From: an uncultured Verrucomicrobiae bacterium
GTDB taxonomy: Bacteria; Verrucomicrobiota; Verrucomicrobiia; Chthoniobacterales; UBA10450
Length of the DNA: 64,000 bases
Assembly: GCA_963735805.1 (NCBI GenBank)
Contig: CAVTMK010000004.1
Coordinates: 448,001 to 512,000 of the forward strand
Direction of reading: 5' to 3'
Notes under the pieces: generated by a model
Databases searched by the model: none
What the model saw: only the letters and a program-made list of their open reading frames with translations
Told to the model about the DNA's origin: nothing
Position numbers and translations under genes: made by a program
Shown here: one piece after another, positions 40,234 to 49,625 of the stretch
Layout: each line of letters opens with the position of its first letter
How positions within the stretch are numbered: the stretch's first letter is position 1

Positions 40234-41157
40234 TTAAACGAAAGGAAGCGGCACGACTTCGACTGGAACCGGCGATAGCGCTTTCGCCGCAGCCTCTCCC
40301 ACCGTCACAGCATTCAATTTCGTGCCGACACTGTTGAAACCGCGCTTCACGTATCCAAGGGCGATTTCTTTTCCGATGTTTTCGCTCCGTATCGCACTCG
40401 TGATCCAACCTGCTTCCTTCCCCGCGTCGGAAGGGGGGGCAAGTTTCATGCCTGGCTGAAGAGGAACATTGTCCAAGGATATCAACCCACATAATCGCTT
40501 GTTCGTCTGGCCCGACATTTTTATTCGCGAGATCACTTCCTGGCCAATGTAGCAACCCTTGTGGTAGTCAATTGCTCGTTGCTCGAGATTAGCTTCGATC
40601 GGAATAATCTCGTTCGTCAACTCGCGACCCCAGCGGGGAATTCCTTGCTTGATTCGCATAACCTCTGCGGCGCCGGAATCGCCCAGGGTCCATCGCAAGG
40701 ATAATGCCTGCAATGAGGTGGCCTGCTTCGCAGCATCGCCCCATATGTCCCATCCCGACTCGACAAAACGGCGCACCGAAACAATCCGCCCATGGTCCGT
40801 TGTGGGAGGTTGCTGTGACAAAAGATGAAAGAGAGAAAATTGATCCGTGACGTCCTCAATCTGAACATCGTCGGCGATCACGTAACGCTCCAGCCGGACT
40901 TTGAGCGTCTCTCGAAGGTCGGGCCCCGCGTCCGCGAAAAAGCATTCTCCAGATACGGAAACAAACACGTGTGCGTCGATTTTGCCTTTAGCATTGAGAA
41001 TGCACGCTTCGATCGCAGACGTTTCACTCGCCTTGCGAATATCATTCGTTATTTGACCGTTGAGGAACCGACACCGGTCCGTTCCTGAAATACGAAACTT
41101 TGCGCGTCTGGAAAGGTCGAAAAAGATCGCCCGTCCGGTATCGGAACGTGGCGTCAT
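40234..41157 (-). CDS. ygfZ: YgfZ/CAF17-like folate-binding Fe-S/tRNA-modification protein (GcvT family)
   Basis: FLNGQITND; signature KGCYIGQEVISR. Confidence 0.85.
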   Translation of the reverse strand: MTPRSDTGRAIFFDLSRRAKFRISGTDRCRFLNGQITNDIRKASETSAIEACILNAKGKIDAHVFVSVSGECFFADAGPDLRETLKVRLERYVIADDVQIEDVTDQFSLFHLLSQQPPTTDHGRIVSVRRFVESGWDIWGDAAKQATSLQALSLRWTLGDSGAAEVMRIKQGIPRWGRELTNEIIPIEANLEQRAIDYHKGCYIGQEVISRIKMSGQTNKRLCGLISLDNVPLQPGMKLAPPSDAGKEAGWITSAIRSENIGKEIALGYVKRGFNSVGTKLNAVTVGEAAAKALSPVPVEVVPLPFV

Positions 41158-42245
41158 TCCTTTCCGGAGGATAGCCGACTCAGGAGTTGCTTGAAAAAAC
41201 CCGGACGCAATCGTGTTGCTTCATTAGCGGCTCTACTACTTGCCAAACGGACCAATGGCGCAGGCGAAACCTCCGGAGTCGCATCTTGCTGGCGCTGGGT
41301 TTCTGCTTCAATGGAGTTGGAGATCGGCTCGTCGGCAGCGGTTTGCTCTTCCTGATCCTCCAGCGGCAACTCTTCGCCCGCATCCCGCGCAGCCTTCTGT
41401 AAATATTTTCGAGCTACTACCGAGTAATCGTCGTCTCCATGGCCCCAGTGCATTTGCTCAAGTAATTGATCGCGAGCTGCAGCCGTCACGCCCAAGTCGA
41501 GGTAGTGTGACAACCCGATCTGGTTAGCGATCTGCATGTCTTTCAACATGTGTTTAGCAGAAAAGTGCGGCTCAAAATCCCGGTTGAGCATCTTTGGCAG
41601 TTTCATTGCGAGGGTTGTAGAGTTGCTGGCGTTACTACGCATCGCCTCGACGAATTTTTCCAAAGGTAAACCCAAAGCTTGAACAAGCGCCAAAGCTTCG
41701 GCGGTTGCCTGGACGCTTGCGGCAGTGATCATGTTGGTTGCGATCTTGATGGCGCTGGCCTGGCCAATTGTCGATCCGATTTCGATGATTTCTTTGCTGC
41801 TGGCCTCAAGAATGGGACGCGCTTCACGGACAGCTGCATCGTTCCCGCTAACGTAATAAACCAGCTCGCCCTTTTCGGCGGCCGTTTTACTGCCGGTAAA
41901 TGGCGCCTCGACAAACTGCGCCTTGCGGCGTTCGACAATTTCAGCCGCGGCGCGCATTGAATCGGGAGCGACTGTTGAGTGCCCGAGGACGAGGTGATGC
42001 GGAGTAAGTTTTCCGCTTAGTTGTTCGACGGCCTGCAGCAGAGCGTCATCATCGGAAACAAATAGTTGGATGTAATTGCAAATCTCAGCCACTTCCCGGG
42101 GGGACCCGACGAAATTCGGAACGGCACGGGGCGACCTGTTCCAAACGTAGACTGGAAACCCTTTTCGGCGCAGATTTGCTGCAATGCCGCGTCCGATAAT
42201 TCCAAGCCCGATTACACCGATGTTTTTGCGCGTTGCATGGGGCAT
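41154..42245 (-). CDS. NAD(P)-dependent beta-hydroxyacid dehydrogenase (3-hydroxyisobutyrate dehydrogenase / GarR family)
   Basis: IGLGIIG; WNRS; EAPFTGS; KIATNM; F...HMLKD; acidic C-terminal tail. Confidence 0.85.
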   Translation of the reverse strand: MPHATRKNIGVIGLGIIGRGIAANLRRKGFPVYVWNRSPRAVPNFVGSPREVAEICNYIQLFVSDDDALLQAVEQLSGKLTPHHLVLGHSTVAPDSMRAAAEIVERRKAQFVEAPFTGSKTAAEKGELVYYVSGNDAAVREARPILEASSKEIIEIGSTIGQASAIKIATNMITAASVQATAEALALVQALGLPLEKFVEAMRSNASNSTTLAMKLPKMLNRDFEPHFSAKHMLKDMQIANQIGLSHYLDLGVTAAARDQLLEQMHWGHGDDDYSVVARKYLQKAARDAGEELPLEDQEEQTAADEPISNSIEAETQRQQDATPEVSPAPLVRLASSRAANEATRLRPGFFKQLLSRLSSGKE

Positions 42246-42358
42246 AGGCTTTTGGGGGCTCCGTTTAGGCAGCAGCTCTTCTCAAAGTGCCGGGAAAACT
42301 GACGTGAGGCAATGCAGAAATTAGCAAGTCGCCTAACTCATGATGCGTTGCACCCGGG

Positions 42359-43270
42359 TCAGTGCGTCAGCGCGAGTTCAGACAGGTAATACAACGCCAC
42401 TGATCCAACGATCTGGAGGCTTTGGGCGCTGATCTTATCGATCGTATCCCCGGCCGTGTGCCACCAGGAGTAATCGAAATCGATCACGTCGATCGTAGGA
42501 ATGCCAGCAGCGTTCAGGGGCGAATGGTCGTCGATCATTTCACGGTCAAGGTACGTAAAATAATTTCGCAATTTGAGCGCTTCCGCTGCCGCAAAAATAT
42601 CCCGCGCAATTTCGGGGGGCGAATCTGCAGGAAGTGTGACGTCGAGGGAACTATCCCCGACCATGTCGAACAAGATCCCTCCGCGGAATTTTCCATCGCC
42701 GCCGAGATGCTTTGCGAAATATCTGCTTCCGTACAGTCCATCGGCGTCCGAAAAATGGTCGTAGGCTTCTTCGCCATCAAAAAACACCAGCTGGATTTTC
42801 GCTGCAAGGCTTGGATGCTGCCCGATTACGCGCGCTAGTTCCAGCAGCAACCCGGTGCTGGAGCCGCCGTCGTTGGCTCCCACGAACCTGACAGCGTCGA
42901 ATGTTTTCGTGTCGTAATGTGAGCACAATAGAAACACGGGCACTGCCTTCACTTGCGCAGGGAAACGGGCAATCAAATTTACGAACTCTACCTTGCCCCG
43001 CGGGGTGACATCGTTGAAGGCCTGTCGTGTGACCTGCCAACCGAAGCGGCGGAGTTCGTCCTCGATGTAATGCCTGGATTTCTCGATAGCGTCAGATCCA
43101 GACGGACGCGGTCCGAAATCGACCAATCGCTGAACATGGGCGAGAGCTTTTTCGCCCGAAAATTCTTCCCAGGTTTTTGTCTGGGCTGCGAGTAACGTGT
43201 CGGGATAAATGATCGAGGCCAGAGCCACGAGCAGCAACGGAGTAGTCGAGCAAGACAGTGATGAATTCAC
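42359..43270 (-). CDS. M28 family peptidase / glutaminyl cyclase-like exported protein
   Basis: SHYDTK; GANDGGSSTG; FFDGEEA; DMVG; DDH; WWHT..DT. Confidence 0.85.
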   Translation of the reverse strand: MNSSLSCSTTPLLLVALASIIYPDTLLAAQTKTWEEFSGEKALAHVQRLVDFGPRPSGSDAIEKSRHYIEDELRRFGWQVTRQAFNDVTPRGKVEFVNLIARFPAQVKAVPVFLLCSHYDTKTFDAVRFVGANDGGSSTGLLLELARVIGQHPSLAAKIQLVFFDGEEAYDHFSDADGLYGSRYFAKHLGGDGKFRGGILFDMVGDSSLDVTLPADSPPEIARDIFAAAEALKLRNYFTYLDREMIDDHSPLNAAGIPTIDVIDFDYSWWHTAGDTIDKISAQSLQIVGSVALYYLSELALTH

Positions 43271-43298
43271 CCAGTAACACCATTACTCCAGCTCTCGA

Positions 43299-44219
43299 CT
43301 ACTTCTGTTCTGGCAGGCCCAAAGCAGTCACAATCCGCTGAAGATCGTCATTTCCGTAGTACTCGATTTCAATCCGGCCTCGTTTGTCTCCATGATGGAT
43401 GGTGACATGCGTAGCGAGATGTTCTTGTAAGCGGTTCCGCAAATCTTCCACTTCCGTTGGCATCATGCCCGGCTCAGTCCCGGCGCGTCGAGACTTGCGT
43501 TTCCGGCCGATCCCGGCCAGCCGGGCGACCAGGCGCTCTGTAGCCCGCACGGTAGCATTGCGGCGCAAAACAGTTTCAGCAGCCAGGAGCTGTTCCTCAG
43601 GCGCTTTTAACGCCAAAAGCACCTTTGCGTGACCGACCGAGAGCAAGTCTTGAGTCAGCCAGACTTGTACCTGCGGATGCAGATCCAAAAGTCGAAGCGC
43701 GTTTGCCACGGCCGCCCGACTTCTTCCTACCTTGAGCGCGATGTCTTCCTGCCGCATCCCAAATTCATTCGCCAGCCTCGCGTAGCCCTGGGCCTCTTCG
43801 ATTGGATTCAGATCCGCCCGTTGCAGGTTTTCGATTAGCGACAATTCGAGTACTTCCAGGTCATTTGCGCTTCGAATGATGGCGGGTACCTCGGTAAGGC
43901 CAATCTCCTGCGCCGCGCGCCAGCGCCGTTCGCCGGCAATCAATTCAAATCGAGCGAGCCCCTGTCCGCCAGCAGCCGGACTCGCCATCGCGAGGCGGAC
44001 AATCAGCGGTTGAATAATACCATGTTGCCGGATCGAATCGATTAGCTCCTGCAGCGGTTCCCGCGCAAAATCTTTGCGTGGCTGCAGTGCGCTGGGGACG
44101 ATGGTTGTGAGATTGATCTGGTGCACACGCTCACCCGACTCGTCAGCCTGTGTCGGAGGCGCGACCGGGGAAGTGCCAATCAATGCGCCAAGGCCTTTGC
44201 CGAGACCGGTCCGTGCCAT
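43299..44219 (-). CDS. parB: Chromosome partitioning protein ParB/Spo0J
   Basis: GLGKGLGALI; QPRKDF; IAGERRWRAA; LIENLQRADLNPIEEA; HTH SRAAVANALRLL; GRIEIEY. Confidence 0.95.
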   Translation of the reverse strand: MARTGLGKGLGALIGTSPVAPPTQADESGERVHQINLTTIVPSALQPRKDFAREPLQELIDSIRQHGIIQPLIVRLAMASPAAGGQGLARFELIAGERRWRAAQEIGLTEVPAIIRSANDLEVLELSLIENLQRADLNPIEEAQGYARLANEFGMRQEDIALKVGRSRAAVANALRLLDLHPQVQVWLTQDLLSVGHAKVLLALKAPEEQLLAAETVLRRNATVRATERLVARLAGIGRKRKSRRAGTEPGMMPTEVEDLRNRLQEHLATHVTIHHGDKRGRIEIEYYGNDDLQRIVTALGLPEQK

Positions 44220-44330
44220 GCGGCTGAGGCTACGGGAACAGTTCCATCAACGCAAACAGCAATCGGCGCTGTAATTCGCGACAGCATAAAAACGGGGAGT
44301 GGGGGCTTGCCCTGCCAGGTGCCTTCTTTG

Positions 44331-44381
44331 AAAAATTTCAAAAAAAATGTATTGACACTACGGGGCGAAATTCGTTATCAC
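44331..44381 (+). promoter_or_regulatory. Putative sigma70 promoter with A-rich UP element
   Basis: aaaaatttcaaaaaaaatgta, then TTGACA (44352-44357), then TATCAC after 18 nt; upstream of the 44498 ORF. Confidence 0.55.
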
Positions 44382-44497
44382 ACGCGCCTGGCTCAGAACA
44401 GGCAGAGGATTTTTACCCGGTAGATTCTTCGCTTGTTCGGATCCGGGGAAAAACACAAAAACAAAATAAACACCGGGAGAGAAAGAACACACAACTC

Positions 44498-45697
44498 ATG
44501 TATCCACTCAATCAACTCAAAAAGTTAGTCTCATGCGGACGAGATCCGGCTCGCTCGCTGCCGTTACGGCGCGGGTTCCTTCTCATCCCGCTAATCCTGG
44601 TGAGCTTCGCGCTTAGCCCGCAAGTGCAAAGCGCCGTAGACACGCCAGATCCAGGTATTCTTCCCTTAAGCAACACAGGGGATGGGGCAAATGTCCTCTC
44701 GGGCATCGCCTCAGGAGCCATATACAATTCAGCATTTGGTTTTGATGCGTGCTTGGTCAATCTTGGCGCTAAATTCAACACAGGTGTTGGCGCTGGAGCG
44801 CTTCTGCTCAATGTTGCGAATGAAGGTACGGCTGTTGGCGCTGGTGCGCTTTTAAGCAACACCACCGGTGCGAACAACACCGGATGCGGCACGTTCGCGC
44901 TGTTTAGCAACTCGACAGGCGAGTTCAACAATTCCGTCGGCGCTAATTCGATGCTTTTTAACACGGACGGAGACAGCAACAACGCGATTGGCGAGAGCGC
45001 GCTTTTCAACAATATCATTGGCTCGGGCAACACGGCTCTTGGCGACGTTGCGCTGGGGAACAATGACTCAAGCGGAACCGGCGATGGCAGCGCTAACACA
45101 GCCGTTGGCGCGGGGGCAATGTTCAGCAACATTGATGGCAATTCGAATAACGCGGTCGGCTTTGATGCGCTCGGCGCGAATGTCGGCGATTCAAGCGGCG
45201 CGGGTGGATTCAATAACGTCATGGGTGTTGAAGCAATGGCCGCCAACGTAAGCGGAGCCGGGAACGTAGCCATCGGTGACGCAGCAGGATCTGGTGTCGA
45301 GGGAAGCTTCAATATTTATATCGGCTTTGACGCAGCCGATGGTGTTACCGCTGAAGACGAAACCATTCGTATCGGCGATTCGTTTAACACAGGCTGCTTT
45401 GTCGGAGGTATCTTCGGTGTCGGAGTCTCAGGTGATCCCGTTGTCGTAGATTCAAACGGCCAGCTCGGCACCGCCGCTGCAGGTTCGCCTCTCTCGATGA
45501 AGGAGTTGATCAAGCAGAAAAACCTCGTTCAGGAATTGAAGGTCACGACTGAAAAACAAGCGGCGAGGATCGCTTTGCAGGATGGACAAATTCAGACCCT
45601 GACGGCAGCTCTCAAGCAACAGGCGGAGCAAATTCAGAAGGTGAGCGCCCGGCTTGAGATGGTTCGGCCGACGCCTCGAGTGGTCGAGAACCGATAA
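44498..45697 (+). CDS. Exported N-x-A-x-G repeat (trimeric adhesin / tail-fibre-like) protein with C-terminal coiled coil
   Basis: Extended leader RRGFLLIPLILVSFALSP; about 12 repeats of N(T/N)A(V/I)GxxA(L/M)xxNxxG; C-terminus QIQKVSARLEMVRPTPRVVENR. Confidence 0.8.
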   Translation: MYPLNQLKKLVSCGRDPARSLPLRRGFLLIPLILVSFALSPQVQSAVDTPDPGILPLSNTGDGANVLSGIASGAIYNSAFGFDACLVNLGAKFNTGVGAGALLLNVANEGTAVGAGALLSNTTGANNTGCGTFALFSNSTGEFNNSVGANSMLFNTDGDSNNAIGESALFNNIIGSGNTALGDVALGNNDSSGTGDGSANTAVGAGAMFSNIDGNSNNAVGFDALGANVGDSSGAGGFNNVMGVEAMAANVSGAGNVAIGDAAGSGVEGSFNIYIGFDAADGVTAEDETIRIGDSFNTGCFVGGIFGVGVSGDPVVVDSNGQLGTAAAGSPLSMKELIKQKNLVQELKVTTEKQAARIALQDGQIQTLTAALKQQAEQIQKVSARLEMVRPTPRVVENR

Positions 45698-45729
45698 GAC
45701 TGTTTACCGGAAGTTTATAAACAAATTAC

Positions 45730-45766
45730 AAACAGCCCCGAAGGAATTCGGGGCTGTTTTGTTTTT
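45730..45766 (+). terminator. Rho-independent terminator (possibly bidirectional)
   Basis: aaacagccccgaa-ggaa-ttcggggctgttt followed by tgttttt. Confidence 0.85.
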
Positions 45767-45929
45767 ACCTGGGCGACATCCGCAAACCCTCTACCACTGC
45801 GACATCTCTAGGAAGGCCTGCTTTCGAACGCTTTCGACGTTTCGTCAGGCGTCGCAGAGCTGATCCTTCTCCAATCGAGGCCGCCTCTCTAATTAGGGGA
45901 ACATCCAGAGCTTTATTTGTCTACAGAGC

Positions 45930-46844
45930 ATGAATACGGTCCGGGTAAGGACTGAATCGGAACCGATGACGAAGGACAGTAATACTCTGTTTACCCTGGG
46001 GCACTCTCCAGACCCGGACGACGCGTTTATGTTTTACGCGATGGCGGAGAATAAAGTCGATTTGCGTGGATACCGGTTCGAACATCGACTCGAAGATATC
46101 CAGACGTTGAATGAGCGTGCACTTCGAGGCGAGCTGCACATTTCCGCGATCTCGATCCATGCTTATGCATATGTAGCAGGCAAATACGCTCTGTTGCCCT
46201 GCGGCGCGAGCATGGGGGACGGCTATGGACCGATTGTGATCCGAAAACGCCCAACGACCGAATCGGAACTACGCGTTGACGAGTCCGCGCCGCGGGAATT
46301 TTTAAAGAATAAGAAAATCGCCGTGCCCGGTACGATGACCAGCGCATTTCTCGCGCTGCAACTTTTTCTCGGAAAGTTTGATTACGTCGTTGTGCCGTTC
46401 GATCAAATTTTCGATGCTGTGCGGAGTGAGCGAGCGGACGTCGGTTTGATCATTCACGAGGGACAACTCACCTATGGAAAATTGGGGTTTCAGAAAATAG
46501 TCGACCTTGGTGCGTGGTGGAAAGAACGAACCGGCTTGCCATTGCCTCTTGGCGGAAATGTTGTCCGCAAAGATATTCCGGAGAAGATCCGCCGCGATTT
46601 AAGCGAAATTGTTCGTGAAAGTATCGACTACGGTCTGGCGCACCGGCGTGCGGCGGTGCGGCATTCTCTTCCTTATGCGCGCGATATGGACTCAAAGCTC
46701 GCCGGGAAATTTATCGGTATGTATGTCAATGAATTTACTCGCGATTATGGCGAACCTGGCCGTGCCGCTATCCGCCGATTTCTGACGGAGGCGTATGATA
46801 ATCGCTACATCGCCGGTCCGATTGATGTGGAATTCGTGGAGTAA
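45930..46844 (+). CDS. mqnD: 1,4-dihydroxy-6-naphthoate synthase (futalosine menaquinone pathway)
   Basis: LGHSPDPDDAFMFYA; DIQTLN; GDGYGP; GLIIHEGQLTY; LPLPLGG; MYVNEFT. Confidence 0.9.
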   Translation: MNTVRVRTESEPMTKDSNTLFTLGHSPDPDDAFMFYAMAENKVDLRGYRFEHRLEDIQTLNERALRGELHISAISIHAYAYVAGKYALLPCGASMGDGYGPIVIRKRPTTESELRVDESAPREFLKNKKIAVPGTMTSAFLALQLFLGKFDYVVVPFDQIFDAVRSERADVGLIIHEGQLTYGKLGFQKIVDLGAWWKERTGLPLPLGGNVVRKDIPEKIRRDLSEIVRESIDYGLAHRRAAVRHSLPYARDMDSKLAGKFIGMYVNEFTRDYGEPGRAAIRRFLTEAYDNRYIAGPIDVEFVE

Positions 46845-46970
46845 TTTTGCCTGGTGAAAGAGGCGCAGCTAGACGTCGCCGAGTCACGCTAGCAGCGCGA
46901 AAATCTGCCGTTAGCCCTTCCAGAATTGTCTTGCCACACCGTTCGCAGCAGACATATCAATGATGGCTCG

Positions 46971-49136
46971 GTGAAGGCTTTCCTCCGAGCCAAGAGCGAT
47001 TCTCTCCGTCTCATCCGGGTCGGAACCTGCCTTCTAGGCTCTCTGTCTTTCACATTGGCCGGTTGCGGAAAAAGCGAACCAATCGACGAAGCGAAGGCCG
47101 CTGGGAAAACCACTGCAGATTTTCCGCAAATCACTGCCGACATCTTCAAACCGATGGACGGCGGAATCAACCTTTCGCCCGCGGAAATCATGGGTCGCAA
47201 TGCCTGGAACCTCTGGAGCGGAGGCAACCAACATTTCTGGAATCGTGCAGCCCAGGACAGCTTTGGACTAATGGATCTTTTGAAGATGCTCGATAACCGC
47301 AAGTATCCGCGCAGTGAGCGCTTCAAAATTTTAGGCGTCGTGAACGAACCGGGGTTTCGCGCCGCGACGAAGCCAGACGAATTTGGTTTGTGGCTCGATG
47401 AGCAAGCGGAGCCTGAGCCGGCTGGCATCGATGAAAAGGTTTACGGCAAACCTTCCGGCGTTCTCGGATACAGGCTCTTTCCAAATCCGGATTTCAATCA
47501 AGACGCGCGCAAAAAATGGGACGGCGATCGTTTCATGAACGATCCGGCTTATTACAATGACAACAAGCTGGTTCGCCCGTATCGCGTCGGTGTCGCCTGC
47601 GGCGCCTGCCACATCGCGCCGTATCCGGATAATCCGCCAGCGGATCCCGAAAATCCGCGCTGGGAGAATCTCGCATCGGCGATTGGTAATCAGTACATCA
47701 ACGAGGGAAAGGTTTTCGCCTGCAACGTAGAAAAAGGCGGATTCTTTTATGAAATGCTTGCTGCGCAGCCGCGCGGTACTTCGGACACCTCGCGGATCGC
47801 GACCGATCACATCAACAATCCAAACGCAATTAACCCAATCTTCTTGCTTGCGGAGAGGGAGAGGATCGCGGTCCCGGAAGAAATGGTGGGCGGGACGCTC
47901 GCCTTGCCAGGAGAGAAAGAGGAGATGCCGGTCCCGCACATTTTGAAGGACGGCGCAGACTCGATCGGCGTGGCTGGCGCAACCATCCGCGTCTATGTCA
48001 ACATCGGCATGTTTTCCGAATACTGGCTGACGCTCCACAACCGATTGATTGGGCTGACTCCGCAAAAGCCATTTGAAATTCCCTACGCACGCGAGCACTC
48101 GGTTTTCTGGCGGGCAACTGAAGAACGTCTGGCGAACGTCGCTGCCTTTTTTCGGCGTCTAAAACCCTTTCATCTCGCCGATGCTCCCGGTGGGCAGTCC
48201 TATATCGCGACCGATTCGGTAGTGATGACGCGCGGCAAGGAAGTTTTTGCCGAAAGCTGTGCTGCGTGTCACTCCAGCAAACAGCCTCCGCCAAATGTCG
48301 ATCCGCACTCCGGCGAAGGAAAGGCCTGGTTTCGCGCAGCGGTTATGGCACCTGATTTCCTGGAAAACAATTTCCTGTCAAACGACAAACGTTACCCATT
48401 AACCAGGATCGAGACGAACTCCGCGCGCGCGTTCGCGACCAACGCTAAAGCCGGTCACGTCTGGGACAACTTTTCATCGCAAACTTACAAGGAACTTTCT
48501 CCGGTGGATGAGTTGGAGTTTTTCAACCCATTCGATGAGACGCGCCCAATAAAATTCAGGCCGAAGGACAGAAATGTCGCACCCGGCTATTATCGGACGC
48601 CCTCGCTTGTTAGTCTCTGGAGTTCGGCGCCATTTCTGCACAACAACATGCTTGGAAAATTCACAGGCGACCCTTCTGTGGCGGGACGGATGGATGCCTT
48701 CAACGATGCGGTTGAAAAATTGTTGTGGCCGGAAAGGCGGCTGAATAAGGCGTCGATCTGGCGCACGCAAAACGAGTGCGCGCTGCACTTGCGCAAGGAA
48801 TTTGTGCCAAAACCGATGCAAGCACTGGCCGATAAAGATGGCTACATTAACATCGGACCCATCCCCAAGGACACGCCGATCAATCTGATCGCCAACCTCG
48901 AACCTGACTTTGGGCAGTTAGTTGTCTTGCAGGCGAAAATTGCCAAAGCATTGCTGAGGATTCACGCGCAGAATCTTTCTTCAGAACAAGCCACAGACGA
49001 ATTAATCAAGGCGGTCCCCGAGCTGTTAGCGGCGAATAAGTGCCCCGATTTTGTCGAGGACAAGGGCCATTACTTCGGCACTGATTTAGCCGACAACGAT
49101 AAACGTGCGTTAATCGAATATCTGAAAACGTTTTGA
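46971..49136 (+). CDS. Large di-heme cytochrome c (RoxA/MauG-like), probable lipoprotein
   Basis: LAGC lipobox; CGACH and CAACH; YYRTPSLVSLWSSAPFLHNN; C-terminal DKRALIEYLKTF; start uncertain (46926 or 46971). Confidence 0.75.
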   Translation: MKAFLRAKSDSLRLIRVGTCLLGSLSFTLAGCGKSEPIDEAKAAGKTTADFPQITADIFKPMDGGINLSPAEIMGRNAWNLWSGGNQHFWNRAAQDSFGLMDLLKMLDNRKYPRSERFKILGVVNEPGFRAATKPDEFGLWLDEQAEPEPAGIDEKVYGKPSGVLGYRLFPNPDFNQDARKKWDGDRFMNDPAYYNDNKLVRPYRVGVACGACHIAPYPDNPPADPENPRWENLASAIGNQYINEGKVFACNVEKGGFFYEMLAAQPRGTSDTSRIATDHINNPNAINPIFLLAERERIAVPEEMVGGTLALPGEKEEMPVPHILKDGADSIGVAGATIRVYVNIGMFSEYWLTLHNRLIGLTPQKPFEIPYAREHSVFWRATEERLANVAAFFRRLKPFHLADAPGGQSYIATDSVVMTRGKEVFAESCAACHSSKQPPPNVDPHSGEGKAWFRAAVMAPDFLENNFLSNDKRYPLTRIETNSARAFATNAKAGHVWDNFSSQTYKELSPVDELEFFNPFDETRPIKFRPKDRNVAPGYYRTPSLVSLWSSAPFLHNNMLGKFTGDPSVAGRMDAFNDAVEKLLWPERRLNKASIWRTQNECALHLRKEFVPKPMQALADKDGYINIGPIPKDTPINLIANLEPDFGQLVVLQAKIAKALLRIHAQNLSSEQATDELIKAVPELLAANKCPDFVEDKGHYFGTDLADNDKRALIEYLKTF

Positions 49137-49166
49137 TCCAGATCCAATCCAGCGAAAGGAGAAAAC

Positions 49167-49610
49167 ATGGCAATTACCGTTGCTGAAATGCTGAAAATGT
49201 CGCAGGCTCAACTGGACGATCTTTTCACGCAAAGCCCTGTGGGCGAAATTCCGAAGGGCGAGGCCAAAGGGACGGCGATTGTCGCACCGGGGACGACTTA
49301 CACGCAGGACATCGCAAATTTCATAAATCATTTTGCGTGGCAGGGAAAAATCTTCGATCCGGCCAAAGGCGTCCTGCGAAACAAGATATTGCCATTTGGC
49401 CTGAACGCGATTATCGCGAAAGTCTATAAAGGGCCAAGCTGGCTGGATACCAAAGAATGCATTGTTCTTGATTATTCGGAGACATCGCTGCTGGCACACT
49501 GGATCCGCGATGAAATTCGCGAAGTCGCGCCGAACACTTACCTGGGCAAAGTCTATTTGGGCAAAAAGCGACTGATTGATTTCGCGCTTGAGTTTCCGTC
49601 ATCCGGTTAA
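49167..49610 (+). CDS. Hypothetical small beta-barrel protein (GXWXG/DUF4334-like)
   Basis: RBS AAGGAGA; LDDLF..G...G, WQGKIF, IVLDY, IRDEIREVAPNTYLG. Confidence 0.65.
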   Translation: MAITVAEMLKMSQAQLDDLFTQSPVGEIPKGEAKGTAIVAPGTTYTQDIANFINHFAWQGKIFDPAKGVLRNKILPFGLNAIIAKVYKGPSWLDTKECIVLDYSETSLLAHWIRDEIREVAPNTYLGKVYLGKKRLIDFALEFPSSG

Positions 49611-49625
49611 TCGCATTCTGCGGCC

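Noticed and set aside
40234..41157. Calling this gene gcvT to complete glycine cleavage with gcvP
   Set aside because: The KGCYxGQE motif identifies the YgfZ branch, not the aminomethyltransferase.
44512..45312. 266-aa antisense ORF with repeats
   Set aside because: Shadow of the repetitive sense-strand gene.
14473..45697. Prophage suggested by ORF6N, the baseplate-like segment and the tail-fibre-like gene
   Set aside because: These are scattered among housekeeping genes with no integrase, terminase, capsid or att sites.
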